DNA of 64,000 nucleotides from Alphaproteobacteria bacterium (GCA_017543835.1 JAFYFJ010000020.1:36027-100026), one strand, 5' to 3'; positions 54,443 to 63,703 are shown, counted from the stretch's first letter. Notes: generated by a model from the sequence alone, not told the origin. Numbers and translations: made by a program.

Positions 54443-57400
54443 ATGAGTAAAGAACCGTTAACACATTCGGAAAGATATATCCAAAAAAGTAACAGGGTGA
54501 TTGCAATTTTTGCATTCGTCACTTTGGGTGTGTTTTTCTTCTGTTTGTTGTTGCTCAGCGGAGAAACGGTTGAAGAGGCGCCGCCGGTCGAATTCAGTAA
54601 AGATATCGAAACGGAAGTTGTCAATCTGAAGCAAGCCGAAGAAGATAAAACTTCCGAAATTCAGTTCTTGCGTGAAAACAAGGTGGAGCGCCCGATTACG
54701 ATAACGCCGCAGCAAATCAACTTGGGGCAGATTGTGTTGGGTAACGAAGCGACCGGTGTTTTAACCATCGGCACCAACGGCCATCAGGAAATTCGCGTTT
54801 TGTCGGTAGAATTGGTTGATGCGCCGTTCGACGGATTGAAATATGAATCCAACTGCAAAGAAAAAGATTTGCGCGGTAAGGCAACCTGCGATGTGGTGAT
54901 GAAATGGACACCGACCATTGCCGGAAGCGTGCAGAATAACTTTAAGATTGTGTGGCACGAAACAAATGTCAGCGATAAAGATGCCAAACACGATGAAGTG
55001 ACGGTTATAGGTAATGCGGTGACGCAGTCCGACTGTAATTATTGCGATTCCGGCGGCTCGGATGCGGCAAATGTTGTCGGCTCCAACGGTCAGGTGCGTT
55101 TTGCCGTCGGTCCGGACGGTAAGGTCATCGGCTACATCGGTGAAGACGGCAAGGTTTATGACTTTAACGGTAATGAAATCGGTCGGGTGCGTGATGACGG
55201 TATGATTGTCGATAAAGACGGCAATATTATCGGTGTTGCCGGCAACGGTAAGCTGGTTTTGGATGAAAACGGCAATGTTATCGGCTATGTTGATGAAAAC
55301 GGCGTGGCGCACGATATGGACGGTAATGTTATCGGCACAATGTTGCCGGACGGCACGATTGTAGATGCCAACGGCAATGTCATCGGCAAAGCGGTGGATT
55401 ACGGCGCGGTCTACGACGAAAACGGCAATTTAATCGGAAAAGCCAATGCCGACGGCACGGTAACCGATTTGGAAGGTAATATTATCGGGCATTTGGATAA
55501 AGACGGTAAAGTTGTCGACATCAACGGCAACTCAATTGGTCGGGTGGCCAATGCCGGCGAAGCGGTTGTTGATGAAAACGGCGATGTTCTGGGTATTGTG
55601 TTGCCAAACGGCGATGTTGTTGATGAAAACGGCAATATTGTCGGCCACGTTGACGAAGACGGGAATGTGACCACCAGACAAATCATCGGCAAACGCGGTG
55701 CGGCGGCGCGACTGGTTTATGACGAAAACGGCAATGTTATCGGCTATGTCGGCGAAGACGGCAAAGTTTATGACTTTGACGGTAATGTCATCGGCACGGT
55801 TGATAAAGATGGTAACGTTATTGATAAAAACGGTAATATTATCGGCCATGTCAGCGATGAATACAGAGATTTGGCGCTCGATGAAAACGGGAATGTTATC
55901 GGTTGGATAGATGAAAACGGTATGGTGCACGACGAAAACGGCAATATTATCGGCTATGTCGATAAAGACGGCAACATCATCGGCAATGAGGCGGTCGGCA
56001 GAGTTGTCGGGACGGTCGGCAGAAGGTCGCACTTAGCGGTTGATGAAGACGGCAATGTTATCGGGCATACCGAGGGCAGACAGCTGATTTATGACGAAGA
56101 CGGGAATGTCATCGGTTATGTCGGCGAAGACGGCAAAGCGTATGATATGGACGGGAATGTCATCGGCACGGTTGATGAAAACGGCGTGGTGCGTGACAAA
56201 GACGGCAATATCATCGGTTACAGCGGCGATGCGGCGGTTATCGATGAAAACGGCAATGCTGTCGGACATATTGACGACAAACAACTGATATACGACGAAA
56301 ACGGCAATGTCATCGGTTATGTCGGCGAAGACGGCAAAGCGTATGATATGAACGGTAATGTCATCGGCACGGTTGATGAAAACGGTCTTGTCCGCGATAA
56401 AGACGGCAATGTCATCGGTTATAGCGGCGATGCGGTTGTTGTTGATAAAGACGGCAATGTCATCGGCTATGTCGGCGAAGACGGCAAAGTGTATGATATG
56501 GAAGGTAATGTCATCGGCACGGTTGATGAAAACGGCGTGGTGCGCGATGCTAACGGCAATATTATCGGTTACAGAAGTTCAAAAGTCGCGGTTGATGACA
56601 ACGGCGATATCATCGGCACAATCGATGAAGACGGTAATGTCCGCGATGCCGCCGGCAATATTATCGGACGGCGCGGCAAAGATGGTAAGATTCTGGATAA
56701 AAACGGCCGAGCCATCGGTAAAACCGTAAATATGGGTAAAGTTGCGGTCAACAAAGACGGCAGCGTTATCGGTTTGGCCGACGAGAACGGTATGATTCAC
56801 GATTCTAACGGCAATATTGTCGGTTACAGCGGCTCAAAAGTTGCGGTTGATGAAAATACCGGAAAAGTCATCGGCACAATCGATGCCGACGGTAACGTTC
56901 TCGACGCAAGCGGCAGTATTATTGGCCATGTTGATGAAGACGGTAATGTCGTTGATGCACAAGGTAATATTTTAGGCAAACGCGGCGATATGGGCGATAT
57001 GGTTGTGGATGCTCAAGGTAATGTCATCGGTCGCGTTGATAAAAACGGCGAAGTTGTCGATAAAGACGGCAAAGTAATCGGTAAACGCGGCGCGGCAACC
57101 CGTCTGGTGTATGATGAAAACGGCAATGTTATCGGCTATGTCGGCGAAGACGGTAAGGTATATGATTTTAACGGTAATGTCATCGGCAAAGTAGATGAAA
57201 ACGGTAATGTCATTACGGAAAATCGCTCGGGCGAAGTTGCCGGCTCGGTCGGAAAAAGCGTGCGATTGGCACTCGATGAAGACGGCAATGTCATCGGCTA
57301 TGTCGATGAAGAAAATAATGTTGTCGACTTTGACGGTGGTATAATCGGCCATTTGGATGAAAACGGCAATGCCGTCGATGCCAAAGGACGCGTCATCGGC

Positions 57401-59452
57401 AAAGTCGGAAGCAGAGCCAAATTGGCGGTTGATTCGCACGGCAAGACCATCGGTTATGTCGATTCGAAAGGCGCTGTCCGCAATGTTAAAGGCGAAATTA
57501 TCGGCTCGGTTGATGCAAAAGGCCGGATTCGTTTGATTGGCCGAAAAATGATTGGCTCCATCGTGGATAAAAATCTGTTGCCGATAACACCGGCCGGAAC
57601 AATACTCGGTCAGGTGAATAATCGCGGCGAGGTTGTTAATCAGAAGAAAGTTGTGGGTAAAATGCGTCCGGACGGCGTGGTGACGGATATGGCCGGCGCC
57701 AAAATTTTGGCACAGGGCGTGCACGCCGGATACATTGTCAATTGGGGCTGCGATTACAGTTTGAAACTTGATAAAGACGGTATTGTTCGCCGCGAGGGTG
57801 TTGATACCGATTACAGAGTGTATGCGGACGGCACGGTTTGGACTCCGGACGGTTTGTTTGCCGGCCGTGTGATGAAAACGGGCAGCGTTTACAGCAACGA
57901 GTGTTCGTATATCGGCGAGGCCTCGGCAGACGGCTATGTGCGCGATGTCAAAAACAAAGAAGTGGGTTGCTTAAATCCGGACGGCACGGTTTTGGATTTG
58001 GAGCAGCCGCGCATCAAAGGTCATCTGGTCAGCAAAAAAACGGTTATTTCGCACCGCAACTGGAGCCCTATCGGCACATTGGAAGCAAACGGAACATTGC
58101 GTGACGGCAACGGCGATTTAATCGGTTGCGTCAACGAATACGGCGATGTGTATGATAAAAATTCGGCATATCTCGGCTCGGTCAACGAGGCAAAATATGT
58201 TTTCGGTTTTGACGGCAAATTGCTGGGCACATTTGACGCCACAGGTAAATTATCGATGCCGAAAGTGAACGGTGCACACGTTATTCTCAACAATTTGGTT
58301 GCCGATAAGAATCAGCGCATTTTCGGGTATGCCGTGCCGGAAATCAATGTGTTGTATGATTCGACCGGCAAAAAGCTCGGACACTTGTTCCCTGACGGTA
58401 AAATTTATGATGCCGAGGGTATGCCGGTTGATTATGTCAACAGCGGTGAAATCGGCTATTACGGCGGCACGGCGGCGAAGTTCGTTCGGCCGGCGCATGT
58501 TGTTGATTTAGACGGCCGCAACATCGGTCGCGTCAATTACGACTTGCGGGTGCTCGATTATAAAGGCACCGTGGTCGGTCGCGTTAATCCGAAAGGGCAA
58601 ATGTTTGATGAAAGCGGTCGCTTGGTCGGCGCCATCGTGCAACAGGGCGGTGTTCGCGGCTACGACGGAATCTATTTGGGCTATGTCGTATCTACCGGCG
58701 AAGTGGTTGAACAAGAGAATTTGGTAGACGGTTCGGGCAAAAAATATCGCGCCGGCGAAAGGACGGGTTATGTTGCGCCGGACGGCTTGGTTTTGAATGA
58801 TAAACGTGTGGTCGGGGAGGTCCTGCCGGAAACCGTTATGGTCGATGTATTCGGGAATCCGGTCGGTATTCCGAACGATTACGGTTCGGTTATCAGTGCT
58901 GACGGAACGGTAATCTCCGTATTGTTGCCGGGCGGCGGAAACAACAATAATTTAGTGGCATTACAAAGCGGTATTGTCATCGATTCGGCCGGCGAAATCA
59001 TCGGCACGGTATCGCCGAACGGCGAATTTTACGACACCAAGCATATCGTTTCCGGTCGCGTGTTGGCCGACGGTAAAGTCATCAGTTTGGACGGGCAATT
59101 CTTGGGCGAAGTTGTCGGCGGCGACATCGTTATCGGCAATGATGATACGGTAAAAGGCACCATCGGCTTTGACGGCAAGATTTATAAAAACGGCAACATT
59201 GTCGGGAGAATATTAACGGACGGACTCGCCGTGGATAAGCAAAACAACATTATCGGTCATATTTACAGCATCGGCAACACGATATTGTCGAACAACGGCG
59301 ATTATCTCGGACGTTTGTCGGCAACCGGAAAAGTAATTTCGGGCGAAAATAACGAAATCGGCTACATCAAGAGCAACGGCTCGTTTGTTGATGCGGATAA
59401 GAATGTGTCGGGCTACAGCTTGCCTGAAGTGGCACGGAATCGGAGGAACTAG
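54443..59452 (+). CDS. 1669-aa membrane-anchored repeat protein (VirB10-N-terminus-like anchor, Ig-like domain, then ~1450 aa of DxxGNVIG-type repeats)
   Basis: TM at aa ~19-39, a beta-sandwich-like segment at aa ~83-192, then dozens of repeats such as DENGNVIGYVGEDGKVYDFDGNVIGTVDKDGNVIDKNGNIIGHV. The stop lies 2 nt before the virB10 ATG. Confidence 0.85.
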   Translation: MSKEPLTHSERYIQKSNRVIAIFAFVTLGVFFFCLLLLSGETVEEAPPVEFSKDIETEVVNLKQAEEDKTSEIQFLRENKVERPITITPQQINLGQIVLGNEATGVLTIGTNGHQEIRVLSVELVDAPFDGLKYESNCKEKDLRGKATCDVVMKWTPTIAGSVQNNFKIVWHETNVSDKDAKHDEVTVIGNAVTQSDCNYCDSGGSDAANVVGSNGQVRFAVGPDGKVIGYIGEDGKVYDFNGNEIGRVRDDGMIVDKDGNIIGVAGNGKLVLDENGNVIGYVDENGVAHDMDGNVIGTMLPDGTIVDANGNVIGKAVDYGAVYDENGNLIGKANADGTVTDLEGNIIGHLDKDGKVVDINGNSIGRVANAGEAVVDENGDVLGIVLPNGDVVDENGNIVGHVDEDGNVTTRQIIGKRGAAARLVYDENGNVIGYVGEDGKVYDFDGNVIGTVDKDGNVIDKNGNIIGHVSDEYRDLALDENGNVIGWIDENGMVHDENGNIIGYVDKDGNIIGNEAVGRVVGTVGRRSHLAVDEDGNVIGHTEGRQLIYDEDGNVIGYVGEDGKAYDMDGNVIGTVDENGVVRDKDGNIIGYSGDAAVIDENGNAVGHIDDKQLIYDENGNVIGYVGEDGKAYDMNGNVIGTVDENGLVRDKDGNVIGYSGDAVVVDKDGNVIGYVGEDGKVYDMEGNVIGTVDENGVVRDANGNIIGYRSSKVAVDDNGDIIGTIDEDGNVRDAAGNIIGRRGKDGKILDKNGRAIGKTVNMGKVAVNKDGSVIGLADENGMIHDSNGNIVGYSGSKVAVDENTGKVIGTIDADGNVLDASGSIIGHVDEDGNVVDAQGNILGKRGDMGDMVVDAQGNVIGRVDKNGEVVDKDGKVIGKRGAATRLVYDENGNVIGYVGEDGKVYDFNGNVIGKVDENGNVITENRSGEVAGSVGKSVRLALDEDGNVIGYVDEENNVVDFDGGIIGHLDENGNAVDAKGRVIGKVGSRAKLAVDSHGKTIGYVDSKGAVRNVKGEIIGSVDAKGRIRLIGRKMIGSIVDKNLLPITPAGTILGQVNNRGEVVNQKKVVGKMRPDGVVTDMAGAKILAQGVHAGYIVNWGCDYSLKLDKDGIVRREGVDTDYRVYADGTVWTPDGLFAGRVMKTGSVYSNECSYIGEASADGYVRDVKNKEVGCLNPDGTVLDLEQPRIKGHLVSKKTVISHRNWSPIGTLEANGTLRDGNGDLIGCVNEYGDVYDKNSAYLGSVNEAKYVFGFDGKLLGTFDATGKLSMPKVNGAHVILNNLVADKNQRIFGYAVPEINVLYDSTGKKLGHLFPDGKIYDAEGMPVDYVNSGEIGYYGGTAAKFVRPAHVVDLDGRNIGRVNYDLRVLDYKGTVVGRVNPKGQMFDESGRLVGAIVQQGGVRGYDGIYLGYVVSTGEVVEQENLVDGSGKKYRAGERTGYVAPDGLVLNDKRVVGEVLPETVMVDVFGNPVGIPNDYGSVISADGTVISVLLPGGGNNNNLVALQSGIVIDSAGEIIGTVSPNGEFYDTKHIVSGRVLADGKVISLDGQFLGEVVGGDIVIGNDDTVKGTIGFDGKIYKNGNIVGRILTDGLAVDKQNNIIGHIYSIGNTILSNNGDYLGRLSATGKVISGENNEIGYIKSNGSFVDADKNVSGYSLPEVARNRRN
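55080..57560 (+). repeat. in-frame tandem coding repeats with long exact DNA matches
   Basis: For example, the 45-mer aatgtcatcggttatgtcggcgaagacggcaaagcgtatgatatg occurs at 56105-56149 and again at 56306-56350 (201 nt = 67 codons apart). Related copies start near 55711, 56446 and 57111. Confidence 0.9.
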
Positions 59453-59454
59453 GA

Positions 59455-62400
59455 ATGATGCGCATAAGTCAATATATCCGAAAGATATTGCTGTTAGCGG
59501 CGTTGTTGCTTCCGTTTGAAGCACAAGCGGCAGAGATTACCGCCATAGATTTTTCCGGTAATGTTATCGGTCAGGTTATATCCACCGGTTTGGTCATCAG
59601 TCCGGATGGGGCGAATATCGGTATGATTACCGCCGACAGTTTGATTGTTAATCAAAGCGGCAATGTTATCGGCGGCGTGGTGCCGCAAGGTATTGCCATC
59701 GGTATGGATAACCGCCTGCTCGGCAAGATTCATAACGACGGTGTGGTGCGCTCTTTGAGCGGAAGAACGGTCGGTAAGGTGTTGCCGAACGGTTTGGTGC
59801 TTGATGACGGCTCGCAAGTTATCGGTGCGGTGCTATATCCGGGGCTTATTTATTCCCCGAAGGGCGATGCGGTCGGGCGCTTGACCGGCGGCGGCGAATA
59901 TACCAAGCTCGAAGGACAACGCATCGGTTTTGTGTCGGCCAACGGCTATGCATATCGTAAATCCGGCGATGATTATGTGTTAGACGGCCGTTTGATGTCC
60001 TCAAAAATGGTGGTTTCGATTGATGGTAAGTTCTTGGGCAGTATTGCACCAACCGGACATATCATAGACTTCAGCGGCAAATCCATCGGCAAAATTCACG
60101 CCAACGGCTATGCGTATAATGGGGCCGGACAAATCATCGGCAGCGTCATTGCCACCGGTTATGCTTTTGACCAAGTCGGGAAATATATCGGCATAGTCAG
60201 TTATAACGGTGAAGTTAAACGTGGTGACCAAGTTGTTGCCTATTACCGCGCAGACGGCAATCTGGTGCGCTCAAACGGTGATGTGGTCGGTTTTGCGGTT
60301 AATATTGCCGCAACCGCCAATGACAACAACGGACGCTATTTGGGTTATGTGGTGCCGGGCGGAAATATTGCACGTGCCGGACAAATTGTCGGTCGTGTCG
60401 GCGCAAAGGGCTATATTTATGATACCGAAAACAACAAAATCGGCGAAATCGTTAAGGTTGGTCCGATTTATGACGCAATGGCGCGGCTCAAAGGTCAGAG
60501 TATGCGCAACGGCCGCATTATCTCGCTCGGCGGCAACGAAATCGGCTATACGCGCGGGCAGTATGCTTATGATATGAACGGCACATTGGTCGGCGGTATT
60601 TCCAGCGATATGATAGCGGTTGACGACAAGCAAAAAGTTTTGAGTGTTTCCAATGTTGATGCTTCCTTCTCGACCTCGGCGCAAGGCAACCGAATCTCGC
60701 CGTTCGGTTATGTATTCAACTCCGATAACAAGGTTGTGGGCGGCGGTTTCCGAATTTCCGCAATTTACGGACTTGGCGGCACATTATATTCACACATCAG
60801 CCCGAACGGCGATTTGTATCGTCAGGCAACCGACACGCAACTCACATCGGCGGGGATTCTTTTGGATAAAAAGGGCTTTGTCGGTTCGGTGGTTAATCCG
60901 CTTTATGCGCTCGATTTCCAAAGTCAATCGCTCGGACGCTTTGCCAACGGCAATTTGCTGTTGGATAGAACGGGCGGTGTTTCTTCCAAAATCATTCCGG
61001 GCGGCTACGGCGTGGCCACAAAAGATGCTTCATCTGCCAGCGTTTCGCCGATAGACGGCTTCGGCAGCAACAAAGTTATCGCCTTAAATACCGGCGGCGA
61101 TTTAATCGGATATGCCGATTCCAACGGTAATGTTATGAATTTGGGCGGAAATATTGCCGGTCAGGTGATTTATAACGATTATGTGGTCGATAACAACCAT
61201 ATTGTGAACGGTAAGCTTATTCCGTTTGCGCCGGTCGTCAATGACAAATGCACGGTTATCGGTGTGGTGAACGGCAAGGGCGATATTATCAACAATCGCG
61301 ATGTGATTATCGGTCGCTTGTTGCCAAACGGACAAGCCATATCCGATGTCGGCAGTTATATCGGTTATGCGTTGTTTGATAAAGGTTTAATCGACTTTGA
61401 CGGTAACTTTGTCGGCACCGTCAACAACGGCTACGGTGTAGACTTTAACGGCAAACAACTCGGTTGTATCAACCGCAACGGTATGATTACGGCAGAAGAC
61501 AAGAGTTTGCGCTACGGTGTGATTACACCGACGGCGGTTATCGGTTTTGATAACAAAATCATCGGTCACGTTTTGGCCAACGGTCAGGTTTTTGACGGCG
61601 AGGACAAAGATTTGGGCTATATGGAGCCGACGGGTAATGTTGTGACCAAGTCCAAAAAAGTTTTGGGTAATGTGATGCGTTATCAGGTTGCTTATTCCAA
61701 TGACAACCGCTTTTTAGGTATGGTCAATCATCTCGGCGAAATCGTGAATGATAAAGGTAAGGTTATCGGTCGGGTGAACTTTGACGGCAGCGTTTCCAAT
61801 CAAGACGGCAACATCGGTTATGCGTTGTATGACTTTTATGTTTATGACGAAAACTTTGCGACTTACGGCTACTTAACCAAAGACGGCACGGTTTTGAGTA
61901 TGGTCGGCAGCAAACTCGGTCAAATCGACCGCGGCTTTGTGCTCGACCGCGGCAGACAAGTGGTGGCGCGCGGCAACCGCGATTATATCGTGCGTGATGC
62001 CAGCAATAATCCGGTCGGTCGTCTGAATATGGACGGCACGGTTATTGATTTTGAGGGGCAAAATGTCGGCTATTTGGCGGAAGGCGGCTCGATTCGCAAT
62101 TCCGACGGTGATGAAATTGCCGTGGCAACCCCGTATCAATACTACACCCATATTCAGCAAGAAGCGGCACCGACGCAGGAAGAAGATTCGCGAATCGGAC
62201 GCAGACACGCGCAAATCGTTGACGCGGAAAAACCGAGCGTAGAACAAAAAGAAAATGTGTCCGAAACAAGAGTAAAACGTCAGAAATTAGGCAACAGAGT
62301 GGTCGGTATCGCTCTCAGTCCGGACGGAGATTACTTTGGTGATGTATATGATGACGATGTTGTGCGTGATGCCGACGGCAACCCTATCGGCTATGTGCGT

Positions 62401-63693
62401 CCGGACGGCATTGTCGTGGATAAGAATTATAACGAAATCGGTGTGGCCGAAATGAAACGCACAAATCCGAACGATATGTTTATGCCGGCCAATGCATTCG
62501 GCACGGGCAACCCATACGGTATCGGCGAAAAGCCGTCGAATGTCGGCGCGGGCGGCGGTTACGGACAGGGCGAAAGATATGACCCGGCACGAGCGCAGGC
62601 CTTAAACTTCTTCCAAAAGAAGCGCCGCGATGCCATGCCGAATCAGTTAACCGGCCTCGGCTCGACTTCCGGCACGGCAAATTACAGCCCGTCATCATTT
62701 ACCGGCTATGAAGAAGATGATTGGCCGAACAACACAAATCAGAGAGCTATATCTTCGTGGCGTGTCGATATGAGCGAAATGATACTTGAAGATAAAGGTA
62801 TTCCGGCGGTGTTGGCGCGCTCGGTGTATGCTTCGGAGGGTTTCAGCACCAATATTCCGGTAACGGCCATTGTCGAACGTAATGTTTATGCCGAAGAGGG
62901 CCGTAATGTTATTATTCCGGCGGGTTCGCGTGTTATCGGCCGCATCAGCGGTAGCGGTGCCAACGCGACCAACGGCGGTGCGGTCAAAATCGGTATTGTT
63001 TGGAATCGTTTGATTCGTCCGGACGGGTCGCAGTTTGTATTCTCAAACAATGCGCAAACCGCCGATGCTCAAGGTCGTTCCGGCGCCATCGGTTATCTCG
63101 ACCAACAATTGCTGAAGAAATATTCGTTGCCGCTCGTGACAACGGCATTACAAACGGCGGCAAACTGGTTGATGGCTTCGGGCGGAACCACCACGACCAC
63201 CACCAGCAACGGCACCACGACAACACCGCAAGATGCCCGTTCTGCCGCGATAAGCGACGGTCGAAAAGAGTTTAACGACCGGATGAAAGAAATACTTGAT
63301 GAAATTATTCAGGAAAAAGCTAAAATTCGTGCGGTTACATATATTCCGGCCGGCACGCGTATCATTATTTATCCGAACCAGGATTTGTGGCTCAACAGCA
63401 GGGCGCGTAGCGAGAGAAGCGGAAACAGTCAAAACGCCGGTCGCGGTCCGGGCTTGATTAATGATGCGGATGCCGAGGCACAAGGCGGCGCCGGCGCCGG
63501 CGGTTCGACGGTAACTTATGACGGCGGATATCAGGGTAATATTCAGCCGGCAACTGCGCCGACACGCGCACCGTCATCGGCACCGTCACCGAATGTTAAT
63601 CAAAATCCGGCGGGATATACGCCTCCGGCCTCAAATCAGCCGGTTCCGTCAATTGACAGCGGCGATGCCGGCGATGTTCCGGAGTTGTTATAG
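59455..63693 (+). CDS. virB10: T4SS protein VirB10 with a ~900-aa N-terminal repeat extension and a Pro/Gly-rich tail
   Basis: GGAGGA RBS. Signal-peptide-like start (LLPFEAQA|AE), degenerate GNVIG-type repeats to ~62130, and a TrbI/VirB10 domain at ~62745-63395 (IPAGSRVIGR...VWNRLIRPDGS...YIPAGTRIIIYPNQDLWL). Confidence 0.88.
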   Translation: MMRISQYIRKILLLAALLLPFEAQAAEITAIDFSGNVIGQVISTGLVISPDGANIGMITADSLIVNQSGNVIGGVVPQGIAIGMDNRLLGKIHNDGVVRSLSGRTVGKVLPNGLVLDDGSQVIGAVLYPGLIYSPKGDAVGRLTGGGEYTKLEGQRIGFVSANGYAYRKSGDDYVLDGRLMSSKMVVSIDGKFLGSIAPTGHIIDFSGKSIGKIHANGYAYNGAGQIIGSVIATGYAFDQVGKYIGIVSYNGEVKRGDQVVAYYRADGNLVRSNGDVVGFAVNIAATANDNNGRYLGYVVPGGNIARAGQIVGRVGAKGYIYDTENNKIGEIVKVGPIYDAMARLKGQSMRNGRIISLGGNEIGYTRGQYAYDMNGTLVGGISSDMIAVDDKQKVLSVSNVDASFSTSAQGNRISPFGYVFNSDNKVVGGGFRISAIYGLGGTLYSHISPNGDLYRQATDTQLTSAGILLDKKGFVGSVVNPLYALDFQSQSLGRFANGNLLLDRTGGVSSKIIPGGYGVATKDASSASVSPIDGFGSNKVIALNTGGDLIGYADSNGNVMNLGGNIAGQVIYNDYVVDNNHIVNGKLIPFAPVVNDKCTVIGVVNGKGDIINNRDVIIGRLLPNGQAISDVGSYIGYALFDKGLIDFDGNFVGTVNNGYGVDFNGKQLGCINRNGMITAEDKSLRYGVITPTAVIGFDNKIIGHVLANGQVFDGEDKDLGYMEPTGNVVTKSKKVLGNVMRYQVAYSNDNRFLGMVNHLGEIVNDKGKVIGRVNFDGSVSNQDGNIGYALYDFYVYDENFATYGYLTKDGTVLSMVGSKLGQIDRGFVLDRGRQVVARGNRDYIVRDASNNPVGRLNMDGTVIDFEGQNVGYLAEGGSIRNSDGDEIAVATPYQYYTHIQQEAAPTQEEDSRIGRRHAQIVDAEKPSVEQKENVSETRVKRQKLGNRVVGIALSPDGDYFGDVYDDDVVRDADGNPIGYVRPDGIVVDKNYNEIGVAEMKRTNPNDMFMPANAFGTGNPYGIGEKPSNVGAGGGYGQGERYDPARAQALNFFQKKRRDAMPNQLTGLGSTSGTANYSPSSFTGYEEDDWPNNTNQRAISSWRVDMSEMILEDKGIPAVLARSVYASEGFSTNIPVTAIVERNVYAEEGRNVIIPAGSRVIGRISGSGANATNGGAVKIGIVWNRLIRPDGSQFVFSNNAQTADAQGRSGAIGYLDQQLLKKYSLPLVTTALQTAANWLMASGGTTTTTTSNGTTTTPQDARSAAISDGRKEFNDRMKEILDEIIQEKAKIRAVTYIPAGTRIIIYPNQDLWLNSRARSERSGNSQNAGRGPGLINDADAEAQGGAGAGGSTVTYDGGYQGNIQPATAPTRAPSSAPSPNVNQNPAGYTPPASNQPVPSIDSGDAGDVPELL

Positions 63694-63703
63694 GAGAAGG
63701 GAA

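Noticed and set aside
55080-57560. Possible CRISPR array or non-coding tandem repeat.
   Set aside because: The repeats are in frame within a long ORF. Unit lengths vary (156-201 nt modules built from ~50-60-nt subunits), there are no unique constant-length spacers, and no cas genes are present.
54761-57724. Several 80-250-aa ORFs on other frames or the opposite strand within the repeat-protein gene (54761-55312, 55532-56032, 56033-56284, 56358-56729, 56972-57724).
   Set aside because: The periodic GAC/GGC/AAT/ATC-rich coding repeat keeps alternative frames open. Their translations are themselves periodic nonsense (for example MSSARLMKTA...), and the sense frame is continuous for 1669 codons.
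59425-59460. Junction between the repeat protein and VirB10 as a simple frameshift or nonsense pseudogene of one giant gene.
   Set aside because: The VirB10 frame has a TGA at 59425-27 only 9 codons upstream of its ATG, so one indel would not fuse the ORFs. The downstream ORF has its own GGAGGA RBS and a signal-peptide-like N-terminus. They are kept as two genes, but resequencing is advised.
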